The notes: generated by a model not told the origin, from the letters alone. A stretch of DNA of 60,928 nucleotides from Patescibacteria group bacterium (GCA_027858435.1 JAQICS010000032.1:1-60928), one strand, 5' to 3'; numbered from the stretch's first letter, positions 10,801-19,604 are shown. Translations and numbers: made by a program.

Positions 10801-11674
10801 CTTCTGGTACTTGAAAAGTTGGAAGCTCAGTATGGCCTAAGTCTATTTCTAAATTACAAGCATCAGCAATTTTAACAGTATTCTCAACTGCTTCAGGAAC
10901 GTGATTAAAAGCTTCTTTCATCTCAGCATTAGGTCTCATTGAATAATCCCCTTTGCCAATCATAGTCATCCGATCCTTTTCATATATCTTTTTTTTGTTT
11001 TGTAAACATAACAAAATATCTTGAGCTTGAGCATCGTCTTTTTTAAAATAATGAACATCATTTGTAGCAACAAGCGGAACATTTAATTCTTTGGAAAACT
11101 CTATTAACTTTTCGTTAACCTCCATTTGATTTTCAAGTTCTGGATGATCTTGAAGTTCAAGATAATAGTTACCTTGTCCAAATAAGTCATTATATTCTTT
11201 TATTCTCTTTTTAGCCTTATCAAATTTTTTAGCCATTATTAACTGCGGTATCTCACCACCCAAACAAGCTGAAAGAGCAATTACACCTTCATGATGTTTC
11301 TGTAATACTTCCCAATCAATTCTCGGTTTGTAATAGAAGCCTTCAAGATGAGCCGTTGAAGTTAATTTAATTAAATTCCTGTACCCTGTCTCATTCTTAG
11401 CCAGTAGTACAAGGTGACGACTTCTGGCATCTTCTCTAGTATTTTTGTCATGTCTTGAACCTGGAGCTAAATATGCCTCCACTCCAACAATTGGCTTTAT
11501 CCCAGCCTTCTTAGCTAATTGATAGAACTCAATTACACCATACATAGTTCCGTGATCAGTTAAAGCAACAGCTGGTGAACCTTGTTCTTTAGCAAAATTA
11601 ACTAACTCATCAAGTTTAGTTAAGCCATCAAGGAGTGAATAGTGACTATGATTGTGGAGATGAACGAAAGACAT
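7871..11674 (-). CDS. dnaE: DNA polymerase III alpha subunit
   Basis: FVHLHNHSHYSLLDG PHP domain, GPGRGSAAGS, SMPDIDLDF, YGFNRSHAA, OB fold. Confidence 0.98.
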   Translation of the reverse strand: MSFVHLHNHSHYSLLDGLTKLDELVNFAKEQGSPAVALTDHGTMYGVIEFYQLAKKAGIKPIVGVEAYLAPGSRHDKNTREDARSRHLVLLAKNETGYRNLIKLTSTAHLEGFYYKPRIDWEVLQKHHEGVIALSACLGGEIPQLIMAKKFDKAKKRIKEYNDLFGQGNYYLELQDHPELENQMEVNEKLIEFSKELNVPLVATNDVHYFKKDDAQAQDILLCLQNKKKIYEKDRMTMIGKGDYSMRPNAEMKEAFNHVPEAVENTVKIADACNLEIDLGHTELPTFQVPEGYDEGSYFRKLCEKGLYEKYSVLKDEKGEWVVEDENRMPEGLSVKDIIDRFEYELKIISNMGWPAYFLIVADFVKWARDHKIVVGPGRGSAAGSLVCYLTGITNLDPLIYDLLFERFLNPDRISMPDIDLDFADIRRGDVLDYVSEKYGHDHVSQIITFGTMAARAAVRDVGRVLDAPYEYCDRISKSIPMFTKIQEALDEVPEFKEIYQEEEAKKIIDYALRLEGVARHSSTHACGVLITPKPLTEYVPVQYASSSDKTIISQYSLHPVEDLGLLKMDFLGLKNLTIIEAALKIIKNTRGDEIDIDNLPLEDKEAYKLFQEGATTGVFQFESSGMKRYLKELKPTEFEDIIAMVALYRPGPMEWIPDYIDGKHGKKKVEYLHPKLEPILNKTYGVAIYQEQVMQISRSLAGFTPGEADILRKAMGKKIAELLAKQKAKFIDGCVKNGIYKELAEKVFSFIEPFAGYGFNRSHAACYALIGYQTAYLKAHYPVEFMAALLTADQGDTDRIAIEIEECRNMGISIMPPDINESFASFTVVSSNTKDNKPIDKSEKLHTIRFGLKAVKNVGDHIVDEIIEERKNNGPYKDIFDMLERITDKDLNKKSLESLIKCGALDNYGERGRLLSNLERLLSYNKEAVKNKNSKQSSLFADAPAVGLSKMTLDEAPPVEQNEKLTWEKELLGLYVSEHPYNIFRQYLSSYVVPLASLQAHRNEDGIVIAGIVSSFKKILTKKGEAMLFAKIEDATKSIEALVFPKVYKETSELWQPGQAVIMDGSVSEKDSDVKFLIDRVKPLDHREPAKSVDDFKKMRMETAGSSFRRRKFNSFRNGSSKQSKIKDEKKEEVKTENNTKDNSIKNNNNENLNKKEETMNNTEVNSKDNNQENNNQENTNQEIKKPRKKKSENPLKISINKELKEGDLNFLIKIFTENIGDNEVYFKVVENGKAKIIKTSHFVNNTKKLKDYLRQVFKNIFEIID

Positions 11675-11757
11675 TTATTATATATTAATTTATATTTTAT
11701 TCACAAATAATTTATTTGTATAATTTTAGTTTAATACAACTAAGATGCTTTGACAAC

Positions 11758-11786
11758 TTGACAAAATTTATAAAAAAATATAATAT
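11758..11786 (+). promoter_or_regulatory. sigma70 promoter of the putative ncRNA
   Basis: TTGACA(11758)-N17-TAATAT(11781), with an overlapping TATAAT at 11779; divergent from dnaE. Confidence 0.65.
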
Positions 11787-11791
11787 CCTAG

Positions 11792-12057
11792 CATCATGTG
11801 TAGCGTTTTTCCTAGCCTGGATTTTGGTCTAACGATAAAACCAACTTCTAAGAGTCCTGTTATTAGGATTAAGGTAAAAAATGGAAGAACCTCCTATCGG
11901 TCAGCATCTAAAAAACATTCAAATGCTCAGATGGCTGCGGGGTCTGAAAAACCCTAAAAAAGGAGGTTTTCCTATTAAGTGCTAATGCACAATGAAGTTC
12001 TTTTTTTAAGTTTTAACTGAGCGCCCATTAACCTATTTAAGGTGGGCGCTTTTTTTT
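11792..12057 (+). ncRNA. Putative structured non-coding RNA of unknown family
   Basis: Lies between a promoter and an intrinsic terminator; GC-richer than its flanks; nested helices with plus-strand G-U pairs. Confidence 0.55.
12019..12057 (+). terminator. Intrinsic terminator
   Basis: AGCGCCCATT/GGTGGGCGCT stem followed by a T run. Confidence 0.8.
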
Positions 12058-12060
12058 ATA

Positions 12061-12088
12061 AAAAAAAGGAGCCTACTTTAAGCTCCTT
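12061..12088 (-). terminator. Intrinsic terminator for parAB and the 92-aa gene
   Basis: GGAGC/GCTCC stem with an A run (U run on the minus strand). Confidence 0.65.
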
Positions 12089-12090
12089 GG

Positions 12091-12369
12091 TTAACACTGT
12101 TGAGTTAGTTTAAATAAGAAAGGTTTTAACTTAATTTTATCCAGTAAGAATAAAACTATACCGGGAATAATACAGATAATAATAGTACATATTGTTACAA
12201 TAACAAAGAACACACCCATTATCATTTTTGTCCAAAAACAAATTGAGAATATCTGTTTTAAAAAAGATTTAACTTCCTTAAAAATAACCTCTTTCCAGTA
12301 TCTTTTACTAAACAAACAATCAAAAAATCTTAACACCCAAAATAATACATTTTTAAGTATACTTTCCAT
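12091..12369 (-). CDS. Small hydrophobic/amphipathic membrane protein (orphan)
   Basis: 92 aa; TM segment; strong AGGAGG SD at 12378-12383. Confidence 0.65.
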   Translation of the reverse strand: MESILKNVLFWVLRFFDCLFSKRYWKEVIFKEVKSFLKQIFSICFWTKMIMGVFFVIVTICTIIICIIPGIVLFLLDKIKLKPFLFKLTQQC

Positions 12370-12423
12370 TTTCTGGTCCTCCTATTTAAGTTTATAATGT
12401 ACGATTTAACCTTTTATAATACT

Positions 12424-13302
12424 TTAATTTTTGATTTTTGTCAAAATATCATTTAGGTCTTCATCGGCAAAAAAATCAATAATTATTTGTCCTCCTTTTT
12501 TCTTTCTTTTAATTTCAACCTTAGAACTTAAATATGAAGAAAGTTCATCCTCTTTATTTTTATCATGTAAATCCTTTTCTTTAATCTCCGGACTTCTATT
12601 TAATCTTTTAATCTCTTTCCCTGTTTCAAGCACTGTTAGATTGTGTCTTAAAATCTTCTTTAACATATTAACTTGCTTAGCCTCATTTTCAATGCTTAAC
12701 AAATATTTAGCATGAGCTTCAGATATCTTACCAGCGGCTAAGGCTGACTGAGCTTCAGTACTAAGACTTAATAGTCTAAGCGCATTAGCAATAGTTGATC
12801 TAGCTTTACCTAATTTAATAGCTGTTTCATCTTGAGTTAAGTTAAATTCATTCATTAGCTTTTGATAGGCAAGAGCGCTTTCAAGAGGGTTTAAATTTTC
12901 TCTTTGCAGGTTTTCAATTAAAGCTAATTCAAGCTTCTCTTGTTCCCTTTCTTCCCTTACAATAACTGGTACTTCTTTTAAGCCCGCTATTTTAGAAGCT
13001 CTAAGTCTTCTTTCACCAGCAATTAATTCATAGCCTTCTTCTTTAGGAGTTACAATTAATGGCGAAATGATTCCATGTTCTTTAATAGAATTAGCTAAAT
13101 CATTTAAGGCATTTTCAGAAAATTCTTGTCTTGGTTGTTGTGGATTAACACTAATTTCTGATTGCTTAACCTTTAATATCCTATCAAAATCATGAACTAC
13201 AACTTCTTCATTTTTTGAATCAGAGTCATAGGGGTTTTTTCCATAAGTAACTGTTTTTTTGGGAATTAGAGAACCAAGTCCTCTTCCTAATCCTTGTGGC
13301 AT
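12424..13302 (-). CDS. parB: Chromosome partitioning protein ParB/Spo0J
   Basis: GLGRGLGSLI, NPQQPR, IAGERRLRA, LIENLQRENL, HTH. Confidence 0.95.
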   Translation of the reverse strand: MPQGLGRGLGSLIPKKTVTYGKNPYDSDSKNEEVVVHDFDRILKVKQSEISVNPQQPRQEFSENALNDLANSIKEHGIISPLIVTPKEEGYELIAGERRLRASKIAGLKEVPVIVREEREQEKLELALIENLQRENLNPLESALAYQKLMNEFNLTQDETAIKLGKARSTIANALRLLSLSTEAQSALAAGKISEAHAKYLLSIENEAKQVNMLKKILRHNLTVLETGKEIKRLNRSPEIKEKDLHDKNKEDELSSYLSSKVEIKRKKKGGQIIIDFFADEDLNDILTKIKN

Positions 13303-13327
13303 ATATCTAAATTATTTATTATTTTAA

Positions 13328-14104
13328 TTATTTCTCTTTTTCTTTTTCAATGTTTATCACTTCTTTAGCTAAGCTTTTATAAGCTTTAGCTCCTTTAGAT
13401 TTAGGATCATAATGTAGTATTGAACGACCATAACTAGGAGCTTCTGCTAATCGTACTGTTCTAGGAATAATTGATCTAAAAATATGATTAGGAAAATATT
13501 GGTATAATTCATTCATAACCGCTTCTGATAATTTATTCCTTTTATCAAACATGGTAATAACTGCACCCATAATGTTTAACCCTGGCTTTAAGTTACTCTG
13601 AACCAAGCTAATTGTCTCAAGTAGTTGACTTAAACCCTCAAGAGCATAGTATTCACTTTGAATTGGAATAATTACTTCATCAGAGGCTGAAAGACTGTTT
13701 ACAGTTAAAAGACCAAGAGATGGTGGGCCATCAATGATTATATAATCAAATTCATCCTTTATTTCACTTATCGCTCTATCTAATCTAAATTCCCTATCAG
13801 AAACTGAAACAAGTTCAACACCAGCACCAGCTAAATTTAAAGTAGCCGGGGCAATTTTTAAACCATCTTGAACTGTTCTTTTAATTATCTCATGCATTGC
13901 TTTGTTACTAACCAAAGCTTCGTATATACCAAATTCTAAGTTTCGATGATCAAAACCCAGACCAGAAGTAGCGTTAGCTTGTGGATCAAGGTCTATTAAA
14001 AGAACCTTCTTTCCCAGCTCTGCTAAATATACTGATAGATTAACTGAAGTAGTTGTCTTACCAACTCCTCCTTTTTGATTCACAATTGAAATTATTTTTC
14101 CCAT
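13328..14104 (-). CDS. parA: ParA/Soj ATPase
   Basis: NQKGGVGKTT, DLDPQAN, IDGPPSLG. Start set at ATG 14104 (MGKIISIV) because the promoter TTGTCA-N17-TATAAT lies at 14132-14160. Confidence 0.95.
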   Translation of the reverse strand: MGKIISIVNQKGGVGKTTTSVNLSVYLAELGKKVLLIDLDPQANATSGLGFDHRNLEFGIYEALVSNKAMHEIIKRTVQDGLKIAPATLNLAGAGVELVSVSDREFRLDRAISEIKDEFDYIIIDGPPSLGLLTVNSLSASDEVIIPIQSEYYALEGLSQLLETISLVQSNLKPGLNIMGAVITMFDKRNKLSEAVMNELYQYFPNHIFRSIIPRTVRLAEAPSYGRSILHYDPKSKGAKAYKSLAKEVINIEKEKEK

Positions 14105-14172
14105 ATATAAATATTTTCTGTTTATGTTTATATTATATAGTATATTTAGATATCTGACAATTTTTTTATGTT

Positions 14173-14201
14173 TTGACAAAAATAAATATATTACGTATAA
14201 T
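14173..14201 (+). promoter_or_regulatory. Consensus sigma70 promoter for tRNA-Leu
   Basis: TTGACA-N17-TATAAT. Confidence 0.8.
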
Positions 14202-14219
14202 TTGGAAAAGAATATTTAA

Positions 14220-14303
14220 GCCGCGATGGCGGAACTGGTAGACGCACACGACTCAAACTCGTGCGGAGGAAACTCCATGAGGGTTCAAGTCCCTCTCGCG
14301 GTA
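14220..14303 (+). tRNA. tRNA-Leu(CAA)
   Basis: GCCGCGA/TCGCGGT acceptor stem; anticodon arm CACGA-CTCAAAC-TCGTG; long variable arm; GGTTCAAGTCC T-loop; CCA not encoded. Confidence 0.95.
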
Positions 14304-14417
14304 CAAATAAACATAAACAAGAGATTGTTTGTGTTTTTTTTATTTAACTCTTTACATTTATTTATTTTTATGTTATAGTAAAAAGTTAAAATTCGAACCT
14401 TTAAAAACAGATTTAAA

Positions 14418-14972
14418 ATGAAAAAAATTCTATTAGTATCATTACTGATAATTTTATCAGGACAAATTTTTGCCCAGATTTCTATTTATTCCAATTTTAC
14501 TGGAGAAAGTTTAAGACCTACCGTAATTATTGCAAACCAAAAATCTTTAAGTGATTACGGAAGTTTTGGTTTAAACTATTACACTTTAGTCAATCAAAAT
14601 TGGGCTGAAGTACAAGTCGGTTTTTACAAAAACAGTTTTGACTGGTTAAGCTGGGGTTTCAGTCTTGGATTAGAGCAAAATGAGAAACCACTTCGCGCTG
14701 GATCAATGTTATGCCTATTTAATACAAAAAACACCTTTTTAGCTCTTATGGAAAAAGGTTATGGCAGAAACAATTACTGGTACGACATTACCGCTTGGCA
14801 CAGATTCAACTCTGATATTAGAATTGGTTTTAGAGCTTGGCGTTTTACTGGTGTTGGACCAATAATGGAATTCAGTATTCCAAATTCAAATTTGAGTTTA
14901 TGGTTTATTCCAGCTTACGACTTTGAAGCTCAAGACCAAAATATTGTATTTGGTTTAAATTACTACTTGTAA
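14418..14972 (+). CDS. Secreted beta-strand-rich protein, beta-barrel-like
   Basis: Signal peptide ending QIFA|Q; amphipathic aromatic strands; C-terminus IVFGLNYYL. Confidence 0.65.
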   Translation: MKKILLVSLLIILSGQIFAQISIYSNFTGESLRPTVIIANQKSLSDYGSFGLNYYTLVNQNWAEVQVGFYKNSFDWLSWGFSLGLEQNEKPLRAGSMLCLFNTKNTFLALMEKGYGRNNYWYDITAWHRFNSDIRIGFRAWRFTGVGPIMEFSIPNSNLSLWFIPAYDFEAQDQNIVFGLNYYL

Positions 14973-14979
14973 AAATTAC

Positions 14980-15014
14980 AAAAGGACATTTAAAAAATTA
15001 AATGTCCTTTTTTT
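14980..15014. terminator. Bidirectional terminator
   Basis: AAAAGGACATTTAA/TTAAATGTCCTTTT. Confidence 0.7.
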
Positions 15015-15084
15015 CTTTGTCTCTTTCTTCTTTTGTTTATTCTCTTTCTTATTTTGTTTATTCTCTTTTTATACTTTATCCTAC

Positions 15085-16095
15085 TTACTTCTTCTTTGAA
15101 CTTCCCTTTAATTGACCACAGGCTGCTCCAATTTCTGCACCATAGCTTTTTCTAACTGTTACCGCCACTCCTTCGTTTTCTAGTATTTCTTTAAACTTAT
15201 CAATCCTTTTTTCACTAGATGGTTGAAATCTACCAGTTGAATTATATGGGATTAAATTAACCATGTATAATGGTTTTTTCATTAACTTAACTAGTTTTTC
15301 TGCATCTTTGTCACTATCATTTACTTCCTTTATCATTAAATACTCAAACATTACTCGTCTATTTGTTTTAAGGATATATCTATCAACCTCTTTTAATATT
15401 TCATGTATTCTATACTTCTTAGCAACTGGCATTAAATCACGACGCAAGTCATCATCAGCAGCGTGAAGTGAGATAGCAAGATTAACTTGAATTTTCTCAC
15501 CAGCTAGTTTTTTAATCCCTTCAGTAATACCAGCAGTTGATACCGATAGTCTTCTAGCTCCAATATTAAAAGTTTCAACATCGTTTAAAAACTTAACCGA
15601 TTTGATAAACTGAGAGTAGTTTAGAAATGGCTCACCCATTCCCATGTATACAATGTTGTCTATTTTTTCATCTCTTTCTTTTAAGTATCTTGCCCAGAAA
15701 ATAACTTGCTCAATAATCTCACTGGATTCTAGATTGCGGGTGAAGCCCATCTTACCAGTGGCACAAAATACGCAAGCTAAAGGACAACCAATTTGAGTTG
15801 ATAGGCAAACAGTATAGCGAAGTGTGTCATCGTGTTTTTGTCTGATTAATACTGTTTCAATTTCTTGACCATCTTCTAAGGTGATCAGGGCTTTCTTTCC
15901 TCTATTTTGACCATCAAAAATTTTAGCTTCAATGTCAAGTGGACATTCATTGTTAAGTTTTTCTCTTAAGTCTTTAGGAAGTACTGATAAGTCTTGCCAA
16001 TTTGTGATAAAGTCAGAATAAAGAGCTTTTTCCACTTGCTTAAAGCGAAATTTTGGCTGGTCTTGTAGAATGTCTGATAGTTTTTCTATGTTCAT
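15085..16095 (-). CDS. rlmN: Dual-specificity RNA methyltransferase RlmN
   Basis: CxxxCxxC (GCPLACVFC), MGMGEP, AACGQL. Confidence 0.93.
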   Translation of the reverse strand: MNIEKLSDILQDQPKFRFKQVEKALYSDFITNWQDLSVLPKDLREKLNNECPLDIEAKIFDGQNRGKKALITLEDGQEIETVLIRQKHDDTLRYTVCLSTQIGCPLACVFCATGKMGFTRNLESSEIIEQVIFWARYLKERDEKIDNIVYMGMGEPFLNYSQFIKSVKFLNDVETFNIGARRLSVSTAGITEGIKKLAGEKIQVNLAISLHAADDDLRRDLMPVAKKYRIHEILKEVDRYILKTNRRVMFEYLMIKEVNDSDKDAEKLVKLMKKPLYMVNLIPYNSTGRFQPSSEKRIDKFKEILENEGVAVTVRKSYGAEIGAACGQLKGSSKKK

Positions 16096-16110
16096 ATATT
16101 AATTATATTA

Positions 16111-17214
16111 TTATTTATTTCTTAATGTGATTTCAATAATTTCTGCTCTAGCTGTAGTTCTCATTGGTGGCCCCCAAGTACCAACTCCACCGTTAACGAT
16201 AAGGGAAAAATCATCTTCTTCAAAAAGTCCATAGCCATATCCTTTGTGCATCCATTTAGCTGGGAAATTAAAAGGAAAGAGTTGACCATCATGGGTGTGT
16301 CCGGATAATTGTAAATCTATTCCCACTTCTTTAGATAACTTAATATTCTTTGGAGTATGAAAAAGAAGTATATTTGGCTTATCTTTTCGGTAATTTTCAT
16401 GTCTTAATATATCTTTTTCCAAGTTTGAATCTGTTTCAAAGGTATAGTTAATACCAATTATTTGCAAACCATCTACCTCAACTAACTTATCATCTAGAAA
16501 TATTACATTCTTGTCTTTAAGTATTTTTTTAGCCCTATCAAAACCAAGGTATAGGTCATGGTTTCCAAAGCCATAGTATATTCCCTTTTCAGACTTAAAG
16601 TTTTTAAGTGGATCATCTAGCCAAGAAAAATTTGCTTCCATGCCATCAAAGAGATCACCGGTGATAAAGACGGCTTCTGGGTTAATACTATTAGTTTTTT
16701 TAATAATTCTAGCTAAGAATTTTTCACGATAAATTGGACCAAGATGAACATCAGATAAATGAGCCACTTTCTTGCCATCCCAGCTATCTGGTAGGTCGTT
16801 TATATAGACTTCATAACTCTTAATACGAGGATAATAAGCTCTATATAAACCAAAACCTGATAGTATTACCACCCCTATTAAAAACACGGCTCTAAATTGT
16901 ATTAAGCTAAGACTTAATCCAAAAGATGATAGAATTGGACGAGCTAAAAGAACAATAGCCGCCATTACTCCTAAATTAACTAATATTCCTACCCAAATAC
17001 TAGAGAAGTAATAATAGTTTCTAGTAAATCCGTTATCAAGTTTGTGAATTAAAAAAGAGGAAATTAGAATACTTAAGAATAGAAAACTTAAAACACATAT
17101 TAAAATAATATTTCCTTCATTTATAATAAGTAATCTTTGTAGCAAATAATAGGCCAGAATATGGCCACCTAAAAGTACTATTGAGGTAGAGGCAAATATT
17201 AAAAGTTGTGTCAT
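16111..17214 (-). CDS. Membrane-bound metallophosphoesterase (YkuE-like)
   Basis: N-terminal TMs; SDVH, TGD, GNHD, SGHTH. Confidence 0.88.
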   Translation of the reverse strand: MTQLLIFASTSIVLLGGHILAYYLLQRLLIINEGNIILICVLSFLFLSILISSFLIHKLDNGFTRNYYYFSSIWVGILVNLGVMAAIVLLARPILSSFGLSLSLIQFRAVFLIGVVILSGFGLYRAYYPRIKSYEVYINDLPDSWDGKKVAHLSDVHLGPIYREKFLARIIKKTNSINPEAVFITGDLFDGMEANFSWLDDPLKNFKSEKGIYYGFGNHDLYLGFDRAKKILKDKNVIFLDDKLVEVDGLQIIGINYTFETDSNLEKDILRHENYRKDKPNILLFHTPKNIKLSKEVGIDLQLSGHTHDGQLFPFNFPAKWMHKGYGYGLFEEDDFSLIVNGGVGTWGPPMRTTARAEIIEITLRNK

Positions 17215-17219
17215 AAATA

Positions 17220-18512
17220 TTAGTTATTTATTTTAAACGGAAATTCAGCTAATTCCACTTCTGAACCAGCCTCATTTTCAATTTCTAGTAATCTATTATA
17301 CTTAGCTGTTCTCTCTGATCTAGCTGGAGCTCCAGTTTTAATTTGACCAGTTGAAAATGCTACCGCTAAATCAGCGATAAAAGTATCTTCTGTTTCACCA
17401 CTACGATGAGAGATTACTGAAGTTAAGCCATTTTCTTTTGCTAAAAGTATGGTTTTAATTGTTTCAGTTAAAGTACCAATTTGATTAAACTTAATTAAAA
17501 TTGAATTAGCACTTCCTTCTTCAATTCCCTTTTTAAGTCTTTCAATGTTTGTAACAAACAGATCATCACCAACTACTTGGTATTTGTCTTTTGAAAAAAT
17601 GGTAAAGTTTTTAAAATTATCCCAATCATCTTCAGCAAAAACATCCTCAAGTGAAATAATTGGATATTTCTCCATTAATTTTTTATAGAAATCTGCTAAT
17701 TCTTCACCACTTAACTCTTTACCTTCTTTTTTGAGTTCATAAATATTGTTTTTATAAAACTCACTGGCCGCCGCATCAATTGCAAAAGCAATGTCTTTTC
17801 CTAAAACATAACCAGCTTTTTCCACTGCCTCAGAAATAAGAGTAAAAATTTCTTCATTACTTTCTACATTAGGAGCAAAGCCACCCTCATCACCAACTGT
17901 GGTTGAATATTTTTTATCTTTTAATGTAGTTTTTAAACTTTGATATATTTCAGCACAAAACCTTACTGCCTCTTTCATAGATTGAGCCCCAATAGGAATA
18001 ATCATATATTCTTGAATATCGGTAGACCAATTAGCATGACGGCCACCATTGGCAATATTCATCATTGGTAAGGGCAACAGAAAAGTGCCATTAAAATTAG
18101 GGTTAAATTTTGCTAAATAGCGATACAAAGGCATATTTAAACCCTTGGCAGCAGCTTTAGCTACTGCTAAAGAAACTGCTAATATGGCATTAGCACCAAA
18201 ATTTCCCTTATTTTCAGTATTATCGGCCTTTATCATTAAGGTATCTATTTCCTCCTGTAAACTTGGGTCAAGACCGATAAGTAGTGGCTTTATCTTCTCT
18301 TCAATGTTTTTAATCGCTTTTAAAACCCCTTTTCCCATATAACGATTACTATCCTGGTCTCTTAGCTCAACTGCTTCATAGGTGCCTGTTGAGGCGCCAC
18401 TAGGGACCATTGCGGTAGCACTAGTATCATCATCTAGGATAACTTTTGTAGCTATGGTGGGATTTCCACGTGAATCAATTATTTCCCAAGCTTTTATATC
18501 TGAAATTTTCAT
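17220..18512 (-). CDS. eno: Enolase
   Basis: DSRGNPT, VPSGAST, GDEGGFAP, SHRSGET. Confidence 0.98.
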   Translation of the reverse strand: MKISDIKAWEIIDSRGNPTIATKVILDDDTSATAMVPSGASTGTYEAVELRDQDSNRYMGKGVLKAIKNIEEKIKPLLIGLDPSLQEEIDTLMIKADNTENKGNFGANAILAVSLAVAKAAAKGLNMPLYRYLAKFNPNFNGTFLLPLPMMNIANGGRHANWSTDIQEYMIIPIGAQSMKEAVRFCAEIYQSLKTTLKDKKYSTTVGDEGGFAPNVESNEEIFTLISEAVEKAGYVLGKDIAFAIDAAASEFYKNNIYELKKEGKELSGEELADFYKKLMEKYPIISLEDVFAEDDWDNFKNFTIFSKDKYQVVGDDLFVTNIERLKKGIEEGSANSILIKFNQIGTLTETIKTILLAKENGLTSVISHRSGETEDTFIADLAVAFSTGQIKTGAPARSERTAKYNRLLEIENEAGSEVELAEFPFKINN

Positions 18513-18516
18513 ACAA

Positions 18517-19545
18517 TTAATCTATTACATTATTTTTATTAACATATTTCTCTGTTCTTTGTACTACACTTTTTAGAACCCTCACTGCTTCGAAAGGATG
18601 ATCACCGATAGTAGTTTCATCAGATAACATCACCATATCACCTCCATCTAAAACTGCATTAGCAATATCAGAAATTTCGGCTCTGGTTGGATGAGAATTT
18701 TTTATCATAGACATCATAATTTGAGTTGCAATAATAGCTGGTTTATCATGCCAATGAGCAAACTTGACTAAATATTTTTGAACAATTGGTAATTCTTCAA
18801 TTGGTATTTCAATTCCTAAATCTCCTCTAGCAATCATTACCACATCTGATATTTTAATAATTTCATCAATATTTTCTAAAGCTATTCCTCTTTCAATTTT
18901 AGAAACCACTCTAATACTTTTTTTACCACCAATTAATTTCTTCAATTTTTCTACATCATTTTTAGTTTGCACAAAAGATAAAGCAATATAGTCTACACCT
19001 TCCTTTAAGCCAAACTTTACATCCTTAATATCCTTTGTAGTTAAGCCTCCTTTTTTAAGATTAGTAAAAGGAACATTAATACCCTTGTTTGAGGTTAATA
19101 ATCCTCCTATTCTTATTTCTCCCCGAATAATTCCATTTTTAATGCTTTGTACGTCAACTTCTAGCTCACCATTAGCCAAGAAAAGAGGTTGTCCTTTTTT
19201 GATATCTAAATGAAGGTCTGAATTATCAATAGGGATAATACCTTTTTCATATTTACCTCCTTTTTTAAAAGTAAAAGCTATCTTATCTCCTTCAAAAAAC
19301 TCTAGACCATTTTCAGGCATTTCACCAATTCTAATATGTGGACCTTGTAAGTCCATCATTATTCTAATATCAGTCTTATTCTTCTTATTATAATCATCAA
19401 TTATTTTTTTCACCCTTTTATACTGATCATAGGTGGCGTGTGAGAAATTAACTCTAATTATACTAACTCCTTCATCAATTAGTTTTGTTAAATTTTCTTT
19501 CGACTCGGTTTTTGGACCAACAGTCGCTACTATTTTTGTGTTCAT
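18517..19545 (-). CDS. pyk: Pyruvate kinase (short, lacks C domain)
   Basis: TKIVATVGP, RVNFSH, MIARGDLG, PTRAEISD, MLSDET. Confidence 0.93.
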   Translation of the reverse strand: MNTKIVATVGPKTESKENLTKLIDEGVSIIRVNFSHATYDQYKRVKKIIDDYNKKNKTDIRIMMDLQGPHIRIGEMPENGLEFFEGDKIAFTFKKGGKYEKGIIPIDNSDLHLDIKKGQPLFLANGELEVDVQSIKNGIIRGEIRIGGLLTSNKGINVPFTNLKKGGLTTKDIKDVKFGLKEGVDYIALSFVQTKNDVEKLKKLIGGKKSIRVVSKIERGIALENIDEIIKISDVVMIARGDLGIEIPIEELPIVQKYLVKFAHWHDKPAIIATQIMMSMIKNSHPTRAEISDIANAVLDGGDMVMLSDETTIGDHPFEAVRVLKSVVQRTEKYVNKNNVID

Positions 19546-19604
19546 ATTATTTTTATTTAATGTTTTTTATTTAATGTTTTTTTAGTAAATATTTTTATTT
19601 ATAT

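Noticed and set aside
11792..12057. tmRNA, SRP RNA, T-box, riboswitch or retron identity for the structured RNA
   Set aside because: Diagnostic motifs are absent, there is no downstream gene on the same strand, and no reverse transcriptase nearby.
14105..14179. N-terminal extension of ParA in the ORF track
   Set aside because: It overlaps the parA and tRNA promoters; the conserved start is MGKIISIV at 14104.
12424..14220. parS site near parAB
   Set aside because: No TGTTTCACGTGAAACA-like palindrome seen by eye.
14220..15014. tRNA-anchored integrative element
   Set aside because: No integrase and no duplicated tRNA 3' end seen in the window.
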